This document shows, piece after piece, positions 49,390 through 60,181 of a stretch of 64,000 bases of DNA; the stretch's first letter is position 1; every line of letters starts with the position of its first letter. The notes beneath the pieces were generated by a model, which worked only from the letters and a program-made list of their open reading frames with translations, had not been told where the DNA came from and did no database searches. The position numbers and the translations under genes are program-made. This DNA is from Acholeplasma sp. (GTDB lineage: Bacteria; Bacillota_I; Bacilli_A; Acholeplasmatales; UBA5453): positions 15,847 to 79,846 of the forward strand of contig JAVBWN010000015.1 in NCBI GenBank assembly GCA_036677365.1, read 5' to 3'.

Positions 49390-49698
49390 TTAAGCGTTGA
49401 TGGATTCAACGACTAGTTTTGTATAGCTTTGTCTGTGACCTTGTTTGCGTCTGTAGTCTTTTTTAGGTCTATACTTGAAGACAATAATCTTCTTGCCTCT
49501 ACCTTGTTTAACGACTTTCGCTGTAACAGATGCGCCATTTACCAATGGGTTCCCTACGATTGTAGATTCACCACCGATGAGTAAAACTTCATTAAAGGTA
49601 ACCACTTCGTCTGCTTGGACATCTAGCTTTTCAACATAGATTTCTTGACCAACTTCAACTTTGATTTGTTTACCACCCGTTTTAATCATTGCGTACAT
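49390..49698 (-). CDS. rplU: 50S ribosomal protein L21
   Basis: KTGGKQ and KQGHRQ motifs. Confidence 0.96.
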   Translation of the reverse strand: MYAMIKTGGKQIKVEVGQEIYVEKLDVQADEVVTFNEVLLIGGESTIVGNPLVNGASVTAKVVKQGRGKKIIVFKYRPKKDYRRKQGHRQSYTKLVVESINA

Positions 49699-49724
49699 TA
49701 CAAATACACCTCCTTATTATGTTT

Positions 49725-49790
49725 TGAAGACTCACTATCTAAGGTAATGGATATATCCATATTTATGACCTGTTCTATGTGGTATTCTTT
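49725..49790 (-). promoter_or_regulatory. L21 leader
   Basis: ACCAC..ACAGGT..ACCT..GAGTCT layout upstream of rplU. Confidence 0.6.
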
Positions 49791-49801
49791 GCAACGCTAC
49801 T

Positions 49802-49830
49802 ATTTTACCTTAGTTATAAACTAATGTCAA
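49802..49830 (-). promoter_or_regulatory. Sigma-A promoter of rplU
   Basis: TTGACA-17-TAAAAT. Confidence 0.8.
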
Positions 49831-49848
49831 TCGTAACCCTCATTTTTT

Positions 49849-50844
49849 TTAAAATTCTGCGGATTCTTCGTCTTTATTACGTTTAAATAGGTCGAAGAAC
49901 TTTTGAGGGAAATGAATGATGGAGTCTTTGACGACGATAGGTATCATTTTTAAAGATTCCATGAATGCGCCTTTTTGAATGGCTTTCTTGCTCAATTCTT
50001 TGCTATCAGCGAACAGATATTTGCGCGTTACAACGCCAATTCGGATGGTTAATAAGCCGTTCGTGATGCCTTGTGCAACTGAATTCATGACTGGTTTGAT
50101 GAGTGGAATTTCCCCCAACATATTGGCTGTGGAGGTTGGTAACATATCGTTTAAATTGATGTTTTCTAAGCCTTCAGCGATCAGTGCTGTAGTAAAGACA
50201 TTGATGGTTAATTTGGCTAAGTTTTTATAACTTGGTCTGAAGCCACACATTTGTACGAGTTCTTTGATCATACGGATATTGACAACCACAACTGTGAATA
50301 AATCCAATCGCCCATTTTGGGAGATGGCCGTCGAAATGAGGACTGTTTTTGCATGTCTCATAATGACTTGGTTCATCTTCTTTTTCATGGTGGAATTATA
50401 GATTTCATTCAAGGCTTTTTGTAAAGCTTCAGGGTCATTCAATGCCTCGCTTAATTTTTCTTTTTCCGTTTGTGAAATCTCATTGCGCTCCATTAAGTTT
50501 TTTGAGACGCGTTTGTACGTTTGATATCGTCTATGGGTGGGTTTATCATCCATGACGGTTTCAATCGAAAATGCAGGTGATACCAAAATAATGCGTACTG
50601 GATTGATGATTAAAATGTAGGTGAGCAGGAAAGAAACACCATAAAAACCATAAGCCACAAACTCATGGATTTTCGCCAATCTTTCACCAATATCAATGAT
50701 TGATGATACCAAAATTAACAAGAACAAAATCATCACACCAAACGCGATGGCTACCCAAAACTTGGTGCTTGTACTCGCTTTTTGTTTGGGTTCTTTTGGT
50801 TCTTGCTTATGTTCAATTTGTAGAGGTTCTTTGTCTTTTGCCAT
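49849..50844 (-). CDS. YcjF/DUF697 family membrane protein
   Basis: Two TMs; TAISQNGRLD, GFRPS and QGITNGLLTIRIG motifs. Confidence 0.75.
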   Translation of the reverse strand: MAKDKEPLQIEHKQEPKEPKQKASTSTKFWVAIAFGVMILFLLILVSSIIDIGERLAKIHEFVAYGFYGVSFLLTYILIINPVRIILVSPAFSIETVMDDKPTHRRYQTYKRVSKNLMERNEISQTEKEKLSEALNDPEALQKALNEIYNSTMKKKMNQVIMRHAKTVLISTAISQNGRLDLFTVVVVNIRMIKELVQMCGFRPSYKNLAKLTINVFTTALIAEGLENINLNDMLPTSTANMLGEIPLIKPVMNSVAQGITNGLLTIRIGVVTRKYLFADSKELSKKAIQKGAFMESLKMIPIVVKDSIIHFPQKFFDLFKRNKDEESAEF

Positions 50845-50878
50845 AAACTCACATCCTTGAATCTATTATATAACAAAA

Positions 50879-51565
50879 CTACTCAAAATGATATTTACGA
50901 TTTTCTTTGATGGAATAACATTCTTTCTTCCCAATGACGACATGATCAATCACAGCGACGCCCATGATTTTCGCCGATTGTTCGAGTTGTTCTGTGGCAC
51001 GGTAATCCGCCAACGAAGGGGTTGAATCCCCACTGGGGTGATTGTGAACAAATATCACAGAAGCCGCAGACAATTTAACGGCGTGTTTGAATACTTCTCT
51101 TGGGTGAATATTCGATTGATTGAGGGTGCCAATATAAAGCCTTTTCGTGGCTAAAATTTGATTTTTCATGTCTAAATAAATGGTATAAAAGTGTTCTTGT
51201 TCTAAGTGACTTAATACGTTTTTTAAATGATGATAAATATCTGTTGCAACCACAATTTGTGTGACTTTCATTTCTTGGTTTTGAATCACACGTTTGGTAA
51301 GTTCAATCGCAGCCATGACTGTACAGGCTTTAGCCATCCCTATCCCTGGAATTTGAATCCACTCGGGATAACTCATGCGTTCGATGTCTTTCAACTGATC
51401 AAATCGATGTAACACTTGTTTTGATAAATCGATGACCGATTGTGTTTTGGTCCCCGTTTGTAATAAAATTGCCAATAACTCATAGTTTGATAACGATTCA
51501 ACCCCATGTTGAACCAAACGTTCTCGTGGTTTATCCTCAGTCATCATTTCTTTGATAAATAACAT
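50879..51565 (-). CDS. radC: RadC family protein
   Basis: KPRERL, GIGMAKA, HPREVF, HNHPSG and DHVVIG motifs; start ATG 51565. Confidence 0.93.
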   Translation of the reverse strand: MLFIKEMMTEDKPRERLVQHGVESLSNYELLAILLQTGTKTQSVIDLSKQVLHRFDQLKDIERMSYPEWIQIPGIGMAKACTVMAAIELTKRVIQNQEMKVTQIVVATDIYHHLKNVLSHLEQEHFYTIYLDMKNQILATKRLYIGTLNQSNIHPREVFKHAVKLSAASVIFVHNHPSGDSTPSLADYRATEQLEQSAKIMGVAVIDHVVIGKKECYSIKENRKYHFE

Positions 51566-51602
51566 CCAAATCACCTCATCCCATATATACAAAATTGGAC
51601 TG

Positions 51603-51636
51603 AAAAAAAAGAAAACCTCACACTTTCTGTGAGGTT
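51603..51636 (-). terminator. Intrinsic terminator after folC
   Basis: AACCTCACA/TGTGAGGTT stem plus T-run. Confidence 0.65.
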
Positions 51637-52889
51637 AGTCTTTCCATCAAATACGGTCTAATGTATGAAACAAAATACAAGGAGCCCGTGATTAAAATGA
51701 TGTCGTCTTTGTCTGCTTTATGAAGCAAATATTCAACCGCTTTAACGGGGTCTTCAATCGCTTGTTTGGTATGGTGTGGGGTTTGTTCTAATAAAACCGT
51801 CAATTCAGCAACACGTTTATAATCAAAATGGGTTACTGTGACAGAGGATGAAATATTTGAAATCATTTCGAGCATCAAACTCGTTTCCTTATCGGCCATG
51901 GCACAAAATAAACTGTGGATGGTGGCTTGTGGATACATCGATTGAATGCTTTTAGTTAAAGCGTCAATACCATGACGGTTATGTGCACCATCCAAGATCA
52001 AAAGTGGATGTCTGGTGATGACTTCAAAACGACCAGGCCATTGAGTTTCATGGATGCCATCTTTGATGGAGCGGATTGGAATCTTTGGAAATAAATAGTT
52101 AACCACAGCGATTGATAAAGCTGCATTTTTGGCTTGATAGAGGCCTTGTAAGCCTGTTTCATAGTGGTGGTATTCATACATGAATTGAAGCGGTTCTTTC
52201 GATTCAATTTGAATCATACCATCATGGATATGATAGAGTTTTGAGCCTTTGTCTGCGCATGATTTTTCAAACTGAGGTAACAGCGCTTGATCGACAGATG
52301 TAAACAGCGGGATGCCTGGTTTGACAATACCTAATTTATTGTATGCGATCGATTCTAAGGTATGACCGAGTTGTTGCATATGGTCAAATCCAATATTCGT
52401 AATGACACTTGCAATGGGGGTGACAATGTTGGTCGCATCCAGTAGTCCACCTAACCCCACTTCTAACACCACCAAATCCACCTGTTGGTCTTTGAAATAC
52501 ATAAAAGCAATCAAGGTGACAAGTTCAAAAAACGACAATGTTTCGCCATAACTTGCTTTAAAAGATTCATTGAAATCATGGATTTGATTGATGTATCCGA
52601 GTAATACATCGTCTGGAATCATATCCAATGCGACTTTGATTCTTTCGTTGAATTTAAGGATGTATGGGGACGTATAGGTACCCACCTTCATGTGTTTGTT
52701 TAAGATGGTTGAGATATAGCTCGCCACCGACCCCTTACCATTGGTACCACCGACGTGGATAATTTTATAGGCATCCTGAGGATTGCCTAAGGCTTTCGCT
52801 GCTGCACGCATGCGATCTAAATCGGTTTTGGGTTTAAATTTGACTTGGTGTTCAATCCAAGTTACCGCTTCTAAAAATGTATTGAACAT
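51618..52889 (-). CDS. folC: Folylpolyglutamate synthase
   Basis: GTNGKGS, EVGLGG, WPGRFE and DGAHN motifs. Confidence 0.94.
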   Translation of the reverse strand: MFNTFLEAVTWIEHQVKFKPKTDLDRMRAAAKALGNPQDAYKIIHVGGTNGKGSVASYISTILNKHMKVGTYTSPYILKFNERIKVALDMIPDDVLLGYINQIHDFNESFKASYGETLSFFELVTLIAFMYFKDQQVDLVVLEVGLGGLLDATNIVTPIASVITNIGFDHMQQLGHTLESIAYNKLGIVKPGIPLFTSVDQALLPQFEKSCADKGSKLYHIHDGMIQIESKEPLQFMYEYHHYETGLQGLYQAKNAALSIAVVNYLFPKIPIRSIKDGIHETQWPGRFEVITRHPLLILDGAHNRHGIDALTKSIQSMYPQATIHSLFCAMADKETSLMLEMISNISSSVTVTHFDYKRVAELTVLLEQTPHHTKQAIEDPVKAVEYLLHKADKDDIILITGSLYFVSYIRPYLMERLTSQKV

Positions 52890-52890
52890 G

Positions 52891-55449
52891 TTATCCCAGC
52901 TTCTTAATCAAAGCGTCGTATTGCGCTTGATAGTTATTCATTTTTGCCTTTTCTTCTAAAACCTTTTCAGGTTTTGCTCGTTCGAGGAAGTTTGGATTTG
53001 AAAGCATATTTTTGACGCGTTCGAGTTCTTTTGTAATGGTGGCTAATTCTTTTTCCAATTTCGCTTTTTCTTCAGATTCACTGATGATATCGCTCTTTAA
53101 GACGTATAACTCGTAGCCAGAACCTGCCAATAAAATGGTTTCTGAGGTTAATGATTCTTTATTAGATACCAACAATTCATTGCTTCTTAAGAAATAAGCA
53201 AACATGTCTTTTTCAGCATTCAAGAACTGTAAATTGGATACAATTTCGATGGTGAGTGGTTTGGAAGGTGTGATGTTCATCTCTTGTCGAAGCTGTCTTA
53301 CTTTCGTCACCATTTCAAAAAGCACATTGACCGATTTCAAAGTAGATTCAAAACCATAGGCACGTACTTCTGGCCAAGCAGAAACCATGATGGAATCCTC
53401 ACCGGTGAGGTTTTGATATAAACGTTCTGTAACAAATGGCATGAATGGGTGTAATAATTTCAATATTTGTTTAATGACATATAGCAAAACTTTTTGGGTG
53501 TTTTCTTTACGGTGATCTTTCAAGGTTACTTTCGCAATTTCAACATACCAGCTCGCGAACTCATCCCAAATAAAATTATAGAGTGTTCTAGACACTTCAC
53601 CAAATTCATATTTTTCATAGTTTTGATCGACATCTAAAATGACTTCATTGAGACGGGTTAAAATCCATTGGTCGTAAATCGATAAGGTAGCCTCGTTGAA
53701 ATCATCGCGTTTATCATCAACGTTCATATCGATGAATCGAACGATGTTCCATAACTTATTGATAAAATTCCATGAGGACGCGACTTTTTCTGTTTCATAA
53801 CGTAAGTCTTGTCCAGGGGCCGCATTGGTCGATAAGAAATAGCGCATCGCATCGGTACCATAGGCTTCAGATACGTCCATCGGGTCAACACCATTGCCTA
53901 GCGATTTCGACATCTTACGGCCATGTTCATCTCTGACTAAACCGTGCATCAAAACTTGTTTGAATGGGGATTGTCCTGTGAATTCAACCCCTTGGAAAAT
54001 CATACGTGCAACCCAGAAAAATATGATGTCATACCCAGTGACCAATACATTGGTTGGGTAATATGTTTTTAAATCGCTCGTGGATTCTGGCCAACCCAAC
54101 GTTGAAAATGGCCACAATGCACTACTAAACCACGTATCTAGTACGTCTTCATCCTGGGTGTACCCTTCCCCTGGTTTCTCGATTGAAACCACAACTTCAT
54201 CGCCCTTGTACCAAACAGGGATACGGTGTCCCCACCATAATTGTCTGGAGATACACCAGTCTTCAATGTTTTCAAGCCAGTTCAAATACACTTTTTCAAA
54301 GCGTTTAGGAACAAATTCTGTATCACTCATTTGAATTGCTTGGTCAACCAGTGGTCTCATCTTGACAAACCATTGTAAGGAAAGTCTAGGTTCAACCACA
54401 ACCCCAGTGCGTTCTGAGTGCCCAACATTATTGACATATTCTTCAATTTTTTCAACGAGGTTGGCTGCTTTTAAATCTTCAACCAATTGCTTACGGCATT
54501 CAAAACGTTCTAAGCCGTTGTATTTAAATGCCATGGCATTCATATGTCCATCTTCAGTCATACATAATGGCATGGCTAAGCCATGACGTTTGCCAACTTC
54601 AAAGTCATTTGGGTCATGGGCAGGGGTGACTTTAACGACCCCGGTACCAAACGACATATCGACATAATCGTCGGCAATGATGGGAATTTGAACTTGCGTA
54701 TTTGGGATGTATACCTTTTTACCAATGAACGATTGATAACGTAAATCGCTTGGGTGAACCATCAACGCTTGGTCAGCAAACATCGTTTCAGGACGGGTGG
54801 TTGCGATGACCATATGGCCTTTTCCATCGGTGAGTGGGTATCGGAAATAAAAGAGTTTGCTTTTGGTTTCAATGAATTCTACTTCAATGTTCGATAATGC
54901 TGTTTTGGCTTCAACATCCCAGTTGATGATGCGGTTACCACGATAAATCAAACCTTTATTATATAATTGAATGAAGACTTCTTGTACTGCATCGGATAGC
55001 TGTTCATCCAAGGTGAAACGTTCTCTTGAGTAATCTAAGGATAGCCCTAAAACACCCCATTGGCGTTTGATATGACCGGCATATTCATCTTTCCAAGCCC
55101 ACGCTTGTTCTAAGAATTTTTCTCTACCGATATCGTAACGTGAAATACCCATTTTCTTCAAACGTTCATCGACTTTCGCCTGGGTTGCAATCCCTGCATG
55201 GTCCATGCCTGGTAAAAATAAAGCATCGTAGCCCTGCATGCGTTTACGACGGATGATGATGTCTTGTAATGTCCCATCCCAAGCATGCCCTAAGTGTAAT
55301 TTACCGGTGACATTGGGTGGTGGGATCACAATACAAAATGGTCGTTGTTTGGACCCATCTGCTTTAAAATAGCCTTTTTCAAGCCAGTACTCATACAGTC
55401 CAGCTTCAACGGCTTTGTGATTATATTTGGTGTCTAGTGTTGTTGCCAT
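52891..55449 (-). CDS. valS: Valine--tRNA ligase
   Basis: PPPNVTG, HLGH, SRQLWWGHRIP and KMSKS motifs; Val T-box upstream. Confidence 0.97.
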   Translation of the reverse strand: MATTLDTKYNHKAVEAGLYEYWLEKGYFKADGSKQRPFCIVIPPPNVTGKLHLGHAWDGTLQDIIIRRKRMQGYDALFLPGMDHAGIATQAKVDERLKKMGISRYDIGREKFLEQAWAWKDEYAGHIKRQWGVLGLSLDYSRERFTLDEQLSDAVQEVFIQLYNKGLIYRGNRIINWDVEAKTALSNIEVEFIETKSKLFYFRYPLTDGKGHMVIATTRPETMFADQALMVHPSDLRYQSFIGKKVYIPNTQVQIPIIADDYVDMSFGTGVVKVTPAHDPNDFEVGKRHGLAMPLCMTEDGHMNAMAFKYNGLERFECRKQLVEDLKAANLVEKIEEYVNNVGHSERTGVVVEPRLSLQWFVKMRPLVDQAIQMSDTEFVPKRFEKVYLNWLENIEDWCISRQLWWGHRIPVWYKGDEVVVSIEKPGEGYTQDEDVLDTWFSSALWPFSTLGWPESTSDLKTYYPTNVLVTGYDIIFFWVARMIFQGVEFTGQSPFKQVLMHGLVRDEHGRKMSKSLGNGVDPMDVSEAYGTDAMRYFLSTNAAPGQDLRYETEKVASSWNFINKLWNIVRFIDMNVDDKRDDFNEATLSIYDQWILTRLNEVILDVDQNYEKYEFGEVSRTLYNFIWDEFASWYVEIAKVTLKDHRKENTQKVLLYVIKQILKLLHPFMPFVTERLYQNLTGEDSIMVSAWPEVRAYGFESTLKSVNVLFEMVTKVRQLRQEMNITPSKPLTIEIVSNLQFLNAEKDMFAYFLRSNELLVSNKESLTSETILLAGSGYELYVLKSDIISESEEKAKLEKELATITKELERVKNMLSNPNFLERAKPEKVLEEKAKMNNYQAQYDALIKKLG

Positions 55450-55988
55450 AATATTCGATTCTCCTTATACATATCTATGGTTAATGCGTATTCAGCACAG
55501 GTTTTTTTAACTTTAAAGCCGAATAAATTAAAATCTTTTTCAACGTCTTTTTGATAGATGAAACCACACTTTTCAATCACACGTTTGCTGGCTAAATTGT
55601 CAATAAAATGACCACAGCCAATCACCAAAGTATCGGTTTGTTCAAACGCATAAACAATCAGTGCTTTCGCTGCTTCCGTCATAAGCCCTTGGCCATGAAA
55701 CTTTGGATGTAATACATAGCCTAGACTGCGAAATGTTGGTTTTTCATCTTCATCTTTATGCAAGCCAATCGTACCAATCAATGTGTCATCTTCACGTAAG
55801 GTGATGCCCCACACTTCATTGGTTTTGATCATATAATTCAGAATATTTGCCGATTCTTCCATATTTTTATGGGGTGTCCATCCGGCCTGAGGCCCCACGT
55901 CATCGGTTTTTGCATAATCATACATCGCTTTTGCATCGCTTGGTTTGAGTGGCCTTAATACCAAGCGTTTGGTCACAATACGGTCCAA
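55434..55988 (-). CDS. GNAT (RimJ/RimL-like) N-acetyltransferase
   Basis: TKRLVLRP, GQGLMTEA and NLASKRVIEKCGF motifs. Confidence 0.9.
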   Translation of the reverse strand: MDRIVTKRLVLRPLKPSDAKAMYDYAKTDDVGPQAGWTPHKNMEESANILNYMIKTNEVWGITLREDDTLIGTIGLHKDEDEKPTFRSLGYVLHPKFHGQGLMTEAAKALIVYAFEQTDTLVIGCGHFIDNLASKRVIEKCGFIYQKDVEKDFNLFGFKVKKTCAEYALTIDMYKENRILWQQH

Positions 55989-56002
55989 AATATCATCTCC
56001 TC

Positions 56003-56240
56003 AAAAAGAAAAGTCCCTAAGAATTTGCATTCTTAAGGACGATTGATCGTGGTACCACCTTAATTCTATCCAGTTTTGACTGAACAGCACTTCATTACTG
56101 ATAACGGGGTCAACCGAATTGAGTTACTCTGCGTTCACTCAATCAACTCCAGGGCTACCTTCAGCAATTCACCTCAGATTTTTCACCAACCAATCTGTCT
56201 CTTAAAAGTGGGGGTCGCTTACTCTTCCCATTCTGCGTTT
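56003..56240 (-). promoter_or_regulatory. Valine T-box riboswitch
   Basis: Specifier GTA (Val) at 56158-56156; T-box AAGGTGGTACCACG at 56061-56048; terminator GTCCTTAAGAAT/ATTCTTAGGGAC plus T-run. Confidence 0.92.
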
Positions 56241-56245
56241 GATTT

Positions 56246-56274
56246 ATTGTAACATAATTGATGCATCTTGTAAA
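56246..56274 (-). promoter_or_regulatory. Sigma-A promoter of the T-box leader
   Basis: TTTACA-17-TACAAT with extended TGn. Confidence 0.7.
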
Positions 56275-56282
56275 TATAATGA

Positions 56283-57134
56283 CTAAGGTTTAAGGATATA
56301 CAATATACCGATGGTGCCTTTACCACAATGGGTTGAAATCACACAACCAGCGTAGGTTTCTAATAGGTTTTTAGGCATGCCAATTTCAGCCACTTTTTCT
56401 TTCATATACACGGCTGATTTATCTGCCAAGGAGTGGGTAATCATGACATATTCAGGGTCTATTTTATCCAATAAGGTCTGATAATCTTCAAGCATATAGT
56501 CTAAAGCACGGGTCATTTTACCAATGGCTTTTTTATAGACATCGAGCTTACCATCGTTGACTTGAATGATGGGTTTAATCGCCAATACACCACCTAAAAA
56601 CGCAGAAAGCGCACTACATCTACCGCCTTTATACAAATAATCCATGGTTTGGATGGCAAATTGACTTCTGACGCGTGGCGTAATTTCATCGAGGTGTTGT
56701 TTGATGGTTTTCGCATCCAACCCTTGGTCTCTTAAGTCACAGCCTTTTAACACAACCAAGCCCACACCAGAGGATAAATTATTCGAATCTACGATATGAA
56801 TTCGTGATTCATCGACCATATCTTTGGCCAATAAAGCACTTTGATACGTCCCGGATAGTTTAGACCCAATGGTGATGCATACAATGTCAAAGCCCTGTTC
56901 AATAAATGGCGTGAATTGATTGACAAAATCACCCGGAGATACTGCAGCAGATTTGGGTAAAAAGCCGAGTTCATCGACTTTCGCATACAATTCTTCTGTG
57001 GTTAAATCCACACCATCACGGTAGGTCAAATCGCCAAAATTCACGTATAGTGGTACCACATGGATCCCACGAGATTCAATCAACGATTTGGTTAAGTCAC
57101 ACGTTGAATCTGTCATGATGATTACTTTATTCAT
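56283..57134 (-). CDS. DegV family fatty-acid binding protein
   Basis: TDSTCD, LSGTYQSA, YLYKGGR and HCGKG motifs; start ATG 57134. Confidence 0.92.
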   Translation of the reverse strand: MNKVIIMTDSTCDLTKSLIESRGIHVVPLYVNFGDLTYRDGVDLTTEELYAKVDELGFLPKSAAVSPGDFVNQFTPFIEQGFDIVCITIGSKLSGTYQSALLAKDMVDESRIHIVDSNNLSSGVGLVVLKGCDLRDQGLDAKTIKQHLDEITPRVRSQFAIQTMDYLYKGGRCSALSAFLGGVLAIKPIIQVNDGKLDVYKKAIGKMTRALDYMLEDYQTLLDKIDPEYVMITHSLADKSAVYMKEKVAEIGMPKNLLETYAGCVISTHCGKGTIGILYILKP

Positions 57135-57714
57135 GTAAGTCCTCCTCAAATATCGCATGGATTTTTTCGATGCCACGTTTGGATTCACTTGAAGTGGGAA
57201 TCATCAATACTTCAGCATCGTTTAGTTGTTGTTTAATGATGTTTAGGTTTTTTGAACGCTCACTTTGGTTCAATTTATCTTGTTTTGTCAAGAGTATCGT
57301 GACTTCATGCCCAGCCCTTTTTAAGGATTGATATACTTCAATATCATCTTTGGTGGCACATACTTTCATGTCAATCAACATAAATATACGTTTTAAAGAT
57401 ACACGATTTTGGATATAGTTTAAAAGCATTTGTTGGAACTGGGCAATTTGGGTTTGGCTTCTTCTGGCATACCCATACCCTGGGGCATCCACCAAATAGA
57501 TTTCATCGTTGATGATGAAGAAATTCATCGTAATCGTTTTACCTGGTTCTGAAGAAGTTCTCGCGAGGTTTTTACGGTTGACAATCGCGTTGATCAACGA
57601 ACTTTTCCCAACGTTGCTTCGACCTAAAAAAAGATATTCAGATTTCAGTGCTTCTGGGTAATGGGTTTCATCGGTCCCACTTTTAACAAACTCAGCACTT
57701 CGTATTATGTACAT
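57127..57714 (-). CDS. engB: Ribosome biogenesis GTPase YihA/YsxC
   Basis: GRSNVGKSS, PGKT, DAPGYG and TKQDK motifs. Confidence 0.94.
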   Translation of the reverse strand: MYIIRSAEFVKSGTDETHYPEALKSEYLFLGRSNVGKSSLINAIVNRKNLARTSSEPGKTITMNFFIINDEIYLVDAPGYGYARRSQTQIAQFQQMLLNYIQNRVSLKRIFMLIDMKVCATKDDIEVYQSLKRAGHEVTILLTKQDKLNQSERSKNLNIIKQQLNDAEVLMIPTSSESKRGIEKIHAIFEEDLHE

Positions 57715-57790
57715 ATAGAATCACTCATTTCGAAATCATTATATCATAAAATGTTGTATTTTTTACCATTGGTCAATCTTAATTTTCTCA

Positions 57791-57818
57791 GAAAAAGAAA
57801 AACCCATGACTGGGTTTT
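57791..57818 (-). terminator. Intrinsic terminator after lon
   Basis: AAAACCCA/TGGGTTTT stem plus T-run. Confidence 0.7.
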
Positions 57819-57821
57819 CCA

Positions 57822-60131
57822 TTACTTTTTAAATGCAACATCAAATACTTCGGAAATATTGGCAACAGAAATGATTTTAAGTGCACTTCTGACTTCATTT
57901 GGGATGTCTTCGATGTCTTTTTCATTTTCTTTCGGAATGAGGATGGTTTTGAGACCACTTCTGTGCGCCGCAATCGACTTTTCGCGTAAGCCACCAATTG
58001 GTAAGACATAGCCACGAAGTGTCATTTCACCCGTCATACCGACTTCTTTATCAATGAGTTTGCCTGTAATGGCAGATAAAATGGCGGTGGTAATGGTAAT
58101 CCCTGCGGATGGACCATCTTTTGGTGTTGCGCCTTCAGGGACGTGGACATGGATATCATGGGCATCAAAGAAGCTTGGGTCAATATTGAACTTATCGGCA
58201 TTGGCTTTGACATAAGAGAGTGCTGTTATCGCACTTTCTTTCATCACATCGCCTAGTTTACCCGTTAAGGATAAAGCACCTTTGCCTTTGAAGAAGGTGA
58301 CTTCAACCGATAACGTATCGCCACCAAATTGGGTGTATGCCAATCCGGTTGCAACCCCGACTTGGTCCTTGACATCCGCAAGGTTATGGGAGAATCTTTG
58401 TTTACCCAAATAGTGTTCAACGTTTTCAAGCGTCACATCAATTCTCGGTTTCTTTTCCATGAGGATTTCTTTGATTCCTTTACGGATGAGCGTGCCAATG
58501 AAGCGATTGAGTTCGCGTACACCTGCTTCTCTTGTGTAATGACGAATGATGTGATAAATGGTTTCATCTGTGACGGAGAATTCTTTTTCAGTGATCCCAT
58601 GTGCCTTCAATTGCTTATCAATCAAATGGCTCCTCGCAATGTTGAATTTTTCAAACTCTGTGTAAGAGGATAGTTCAACAATTTCCATACGGTCACGCAA
58701 TGGTGCAGGGATATTTTCTAAGTAGTTCGCTGTGGTGATGAACAAGACTTGTGATAAGTCGTAGTTTTCTTCTAAATAGTGGTCAGAGAATTTCGCGTTT
58801 TGTTCTGGGTCTAGTACTTCAAGCATCGCGGATGCTGGGTCACCTTTATAATCCGAGCTCATCTTATCGATTTCATCGAGTAAGAAGACTGGATTGATGG
58901 TGCCTGCATTCTTCATACCTGAGAGAATACGGCCTGGCAATGCGCCAATATAGGTTCTTCTGTGTCCACGGATTTCAGATTCATCGCGAACGCCACCCAA
59001 AGATTGTTTGACAAACTTACGACCTAAAGCGTCGGCGATTGAAATCGCAAGTGAGGTTTTACCAACCCCTGGAGGTCCGACCAAACATAGGATGGTTTGT
59101 GGATTCTTCTTGGTCGATATTTTCACAGCTAGGTACTCCACAATTCTGTCCTTAACTGTACCTAAACCATAGTGATTCTTGTCGAGTTTTTCTTGAACTT
59201 TCTTCAAATCATTGGAGTCGCGGCTCGCTTTTTTCCAAGGGAGTGCGACTAAGAAATCTAAATACGTTTTGATGATGCCCGATTCCGCCATGGCTGGGGG
59301 TGTCGATGAATATCTGGCCAACTCTTGAAGTGCTTTTTCTTCGATTTCTTTTGGCATTTTCGCCGCTAAAATCTTGGTTCTGAGTTCATCCACTTCATCT
59401 TCTTTGCGGGCTTTGTCCCCAAGTTCATTTTGGATCGCGCGCATCTTTTCTCTTAAGTAATACTCTTTTTGAGATTCATCGATCGATTTTTTGACTTCTT
59501 CATTGATGTGTTGTTCAAGTTCAGACACCATCTTTTGTTTAGCAATGTCCTCTAACACCATTTTTAAACGGTTGTTGAGATTGAGTTCAGCTAAGTAACG
59601 GTATTTGTCTTGTTCGTTGCCTTTCAGTCCAGCCACAATGGTATCCACCAATTTATCGGTAGTCAAACCGGATTGAACCGTTCTAACCACTTCTTGTGCG
59701 TTGTTTAACACAATATTCGCATTGGTGACCACTTCATTCATAACCATGCGTACCAAGGTCATTTCTTGGTCTACATCGGATGTGATCGTGGTGGTTTCTT
59801 CATATTCCGCAACGAAAAATGGTGAAGTTAAGAAATACTCTTTCACTTTAATGCGGGAAATGACGTTGAATTTTGCTTTTAAGTTCCCATTCGGTAACTT
59901 CAATTTCATGGTGGTTTTGGCTAATACACCATACTCTTCTATGTCCGCAGGTGTCGGATTTTCGATGAGAGGATTCTTTTGAATCAAAATTAAAATGTAA
60001 TTACCAAATGAATTTTCCGATTCATCTAAAGCTTTGAATGAAATAGGACGTCCGATTTCTGTCCTAAAATCGTTGTTAGGGATCGGTACGATGCCTCTAA
60101 CGACAATCGCCGGAAGGTTTTTTGATTCCAT
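57822..60131 (-). CDS. lon: ATP-dependent Lon protease
   Basis: GPPGVGKT, RGHRRTYIG, PKDGPSAG and IGGLREK motifs; start ATG 60131. Confidence 0.96.
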   Translation of the reverse strand: MESKNLPAIVVRGIVPIPNNDFRTEIGRPISFKALDESENSFGNYILILIQKNPLIENPTPADIEEYGVLAKTTMKLKLPNGNLKAKFNVISRIKVKEYFLTSPFFVAEYEETTTITSDVDQEMTLVRMVMNEVVTNANIVLNNAQEVVRTVQSGLTTDKLVDTIVAGLKGNEQDKYRYLAELNLNNRLKMVLEDIAKQKMVSELEQHINEEVKKSIDESQKEYYLREKMRAIQNELGDKARKEDEVDELRTKILAAKMPKEIEEKALQELARYSSTPPAMAESGIIKTYLDFLVALPWKKASRDSNDLKKVQEKLDKNHYGLGTVKDRIVEYLAVKISTKKNPQTILCLVGPPGVGKTSLAISIADALGRKFVKQSLGGVRDESEIRGHRRTYIGALPGRILSGMKNAGTINPVFLLDEIDKMSSDYKGDPASAMLEVLDPEQNAKFSDHYLEENYDLSQVLFITTANYLENIPAPLRDRMEIVELSSYTEFEKFNIARSHLIDKQLKAHGITEKEFSVTDETIYHIIRHYTREAGVRELNRFIGTLIRKGIKEILMEKKPRIDVTLENVEHYLGKQRFSHNLADVKDQVGVATGLAYTQFGGDTLSVEVTFFKGKGALSLTGKLGDVMKESAITALSYVKANADKFNIDPSFFDAHDIHVHVPEGATPKDGPSAGITITTAILSAITGKLIDKEVGMTGEMTLRGYVLPIGGLREKSIAAHRSGLKTILIPKENEKDIEDIPNEVRSALKIISVANISEVFDVAFKK

Positions 60132-60181
60132 ATAATCACCTCTTGATTTCATTATATACAATAACATCTTATTGTGTCATT

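Noticed and set aside
50879..51565. radC as a sign of a mobile element
   Set aside because: Full-length chromosomal type in the usual valS-folC-radC context
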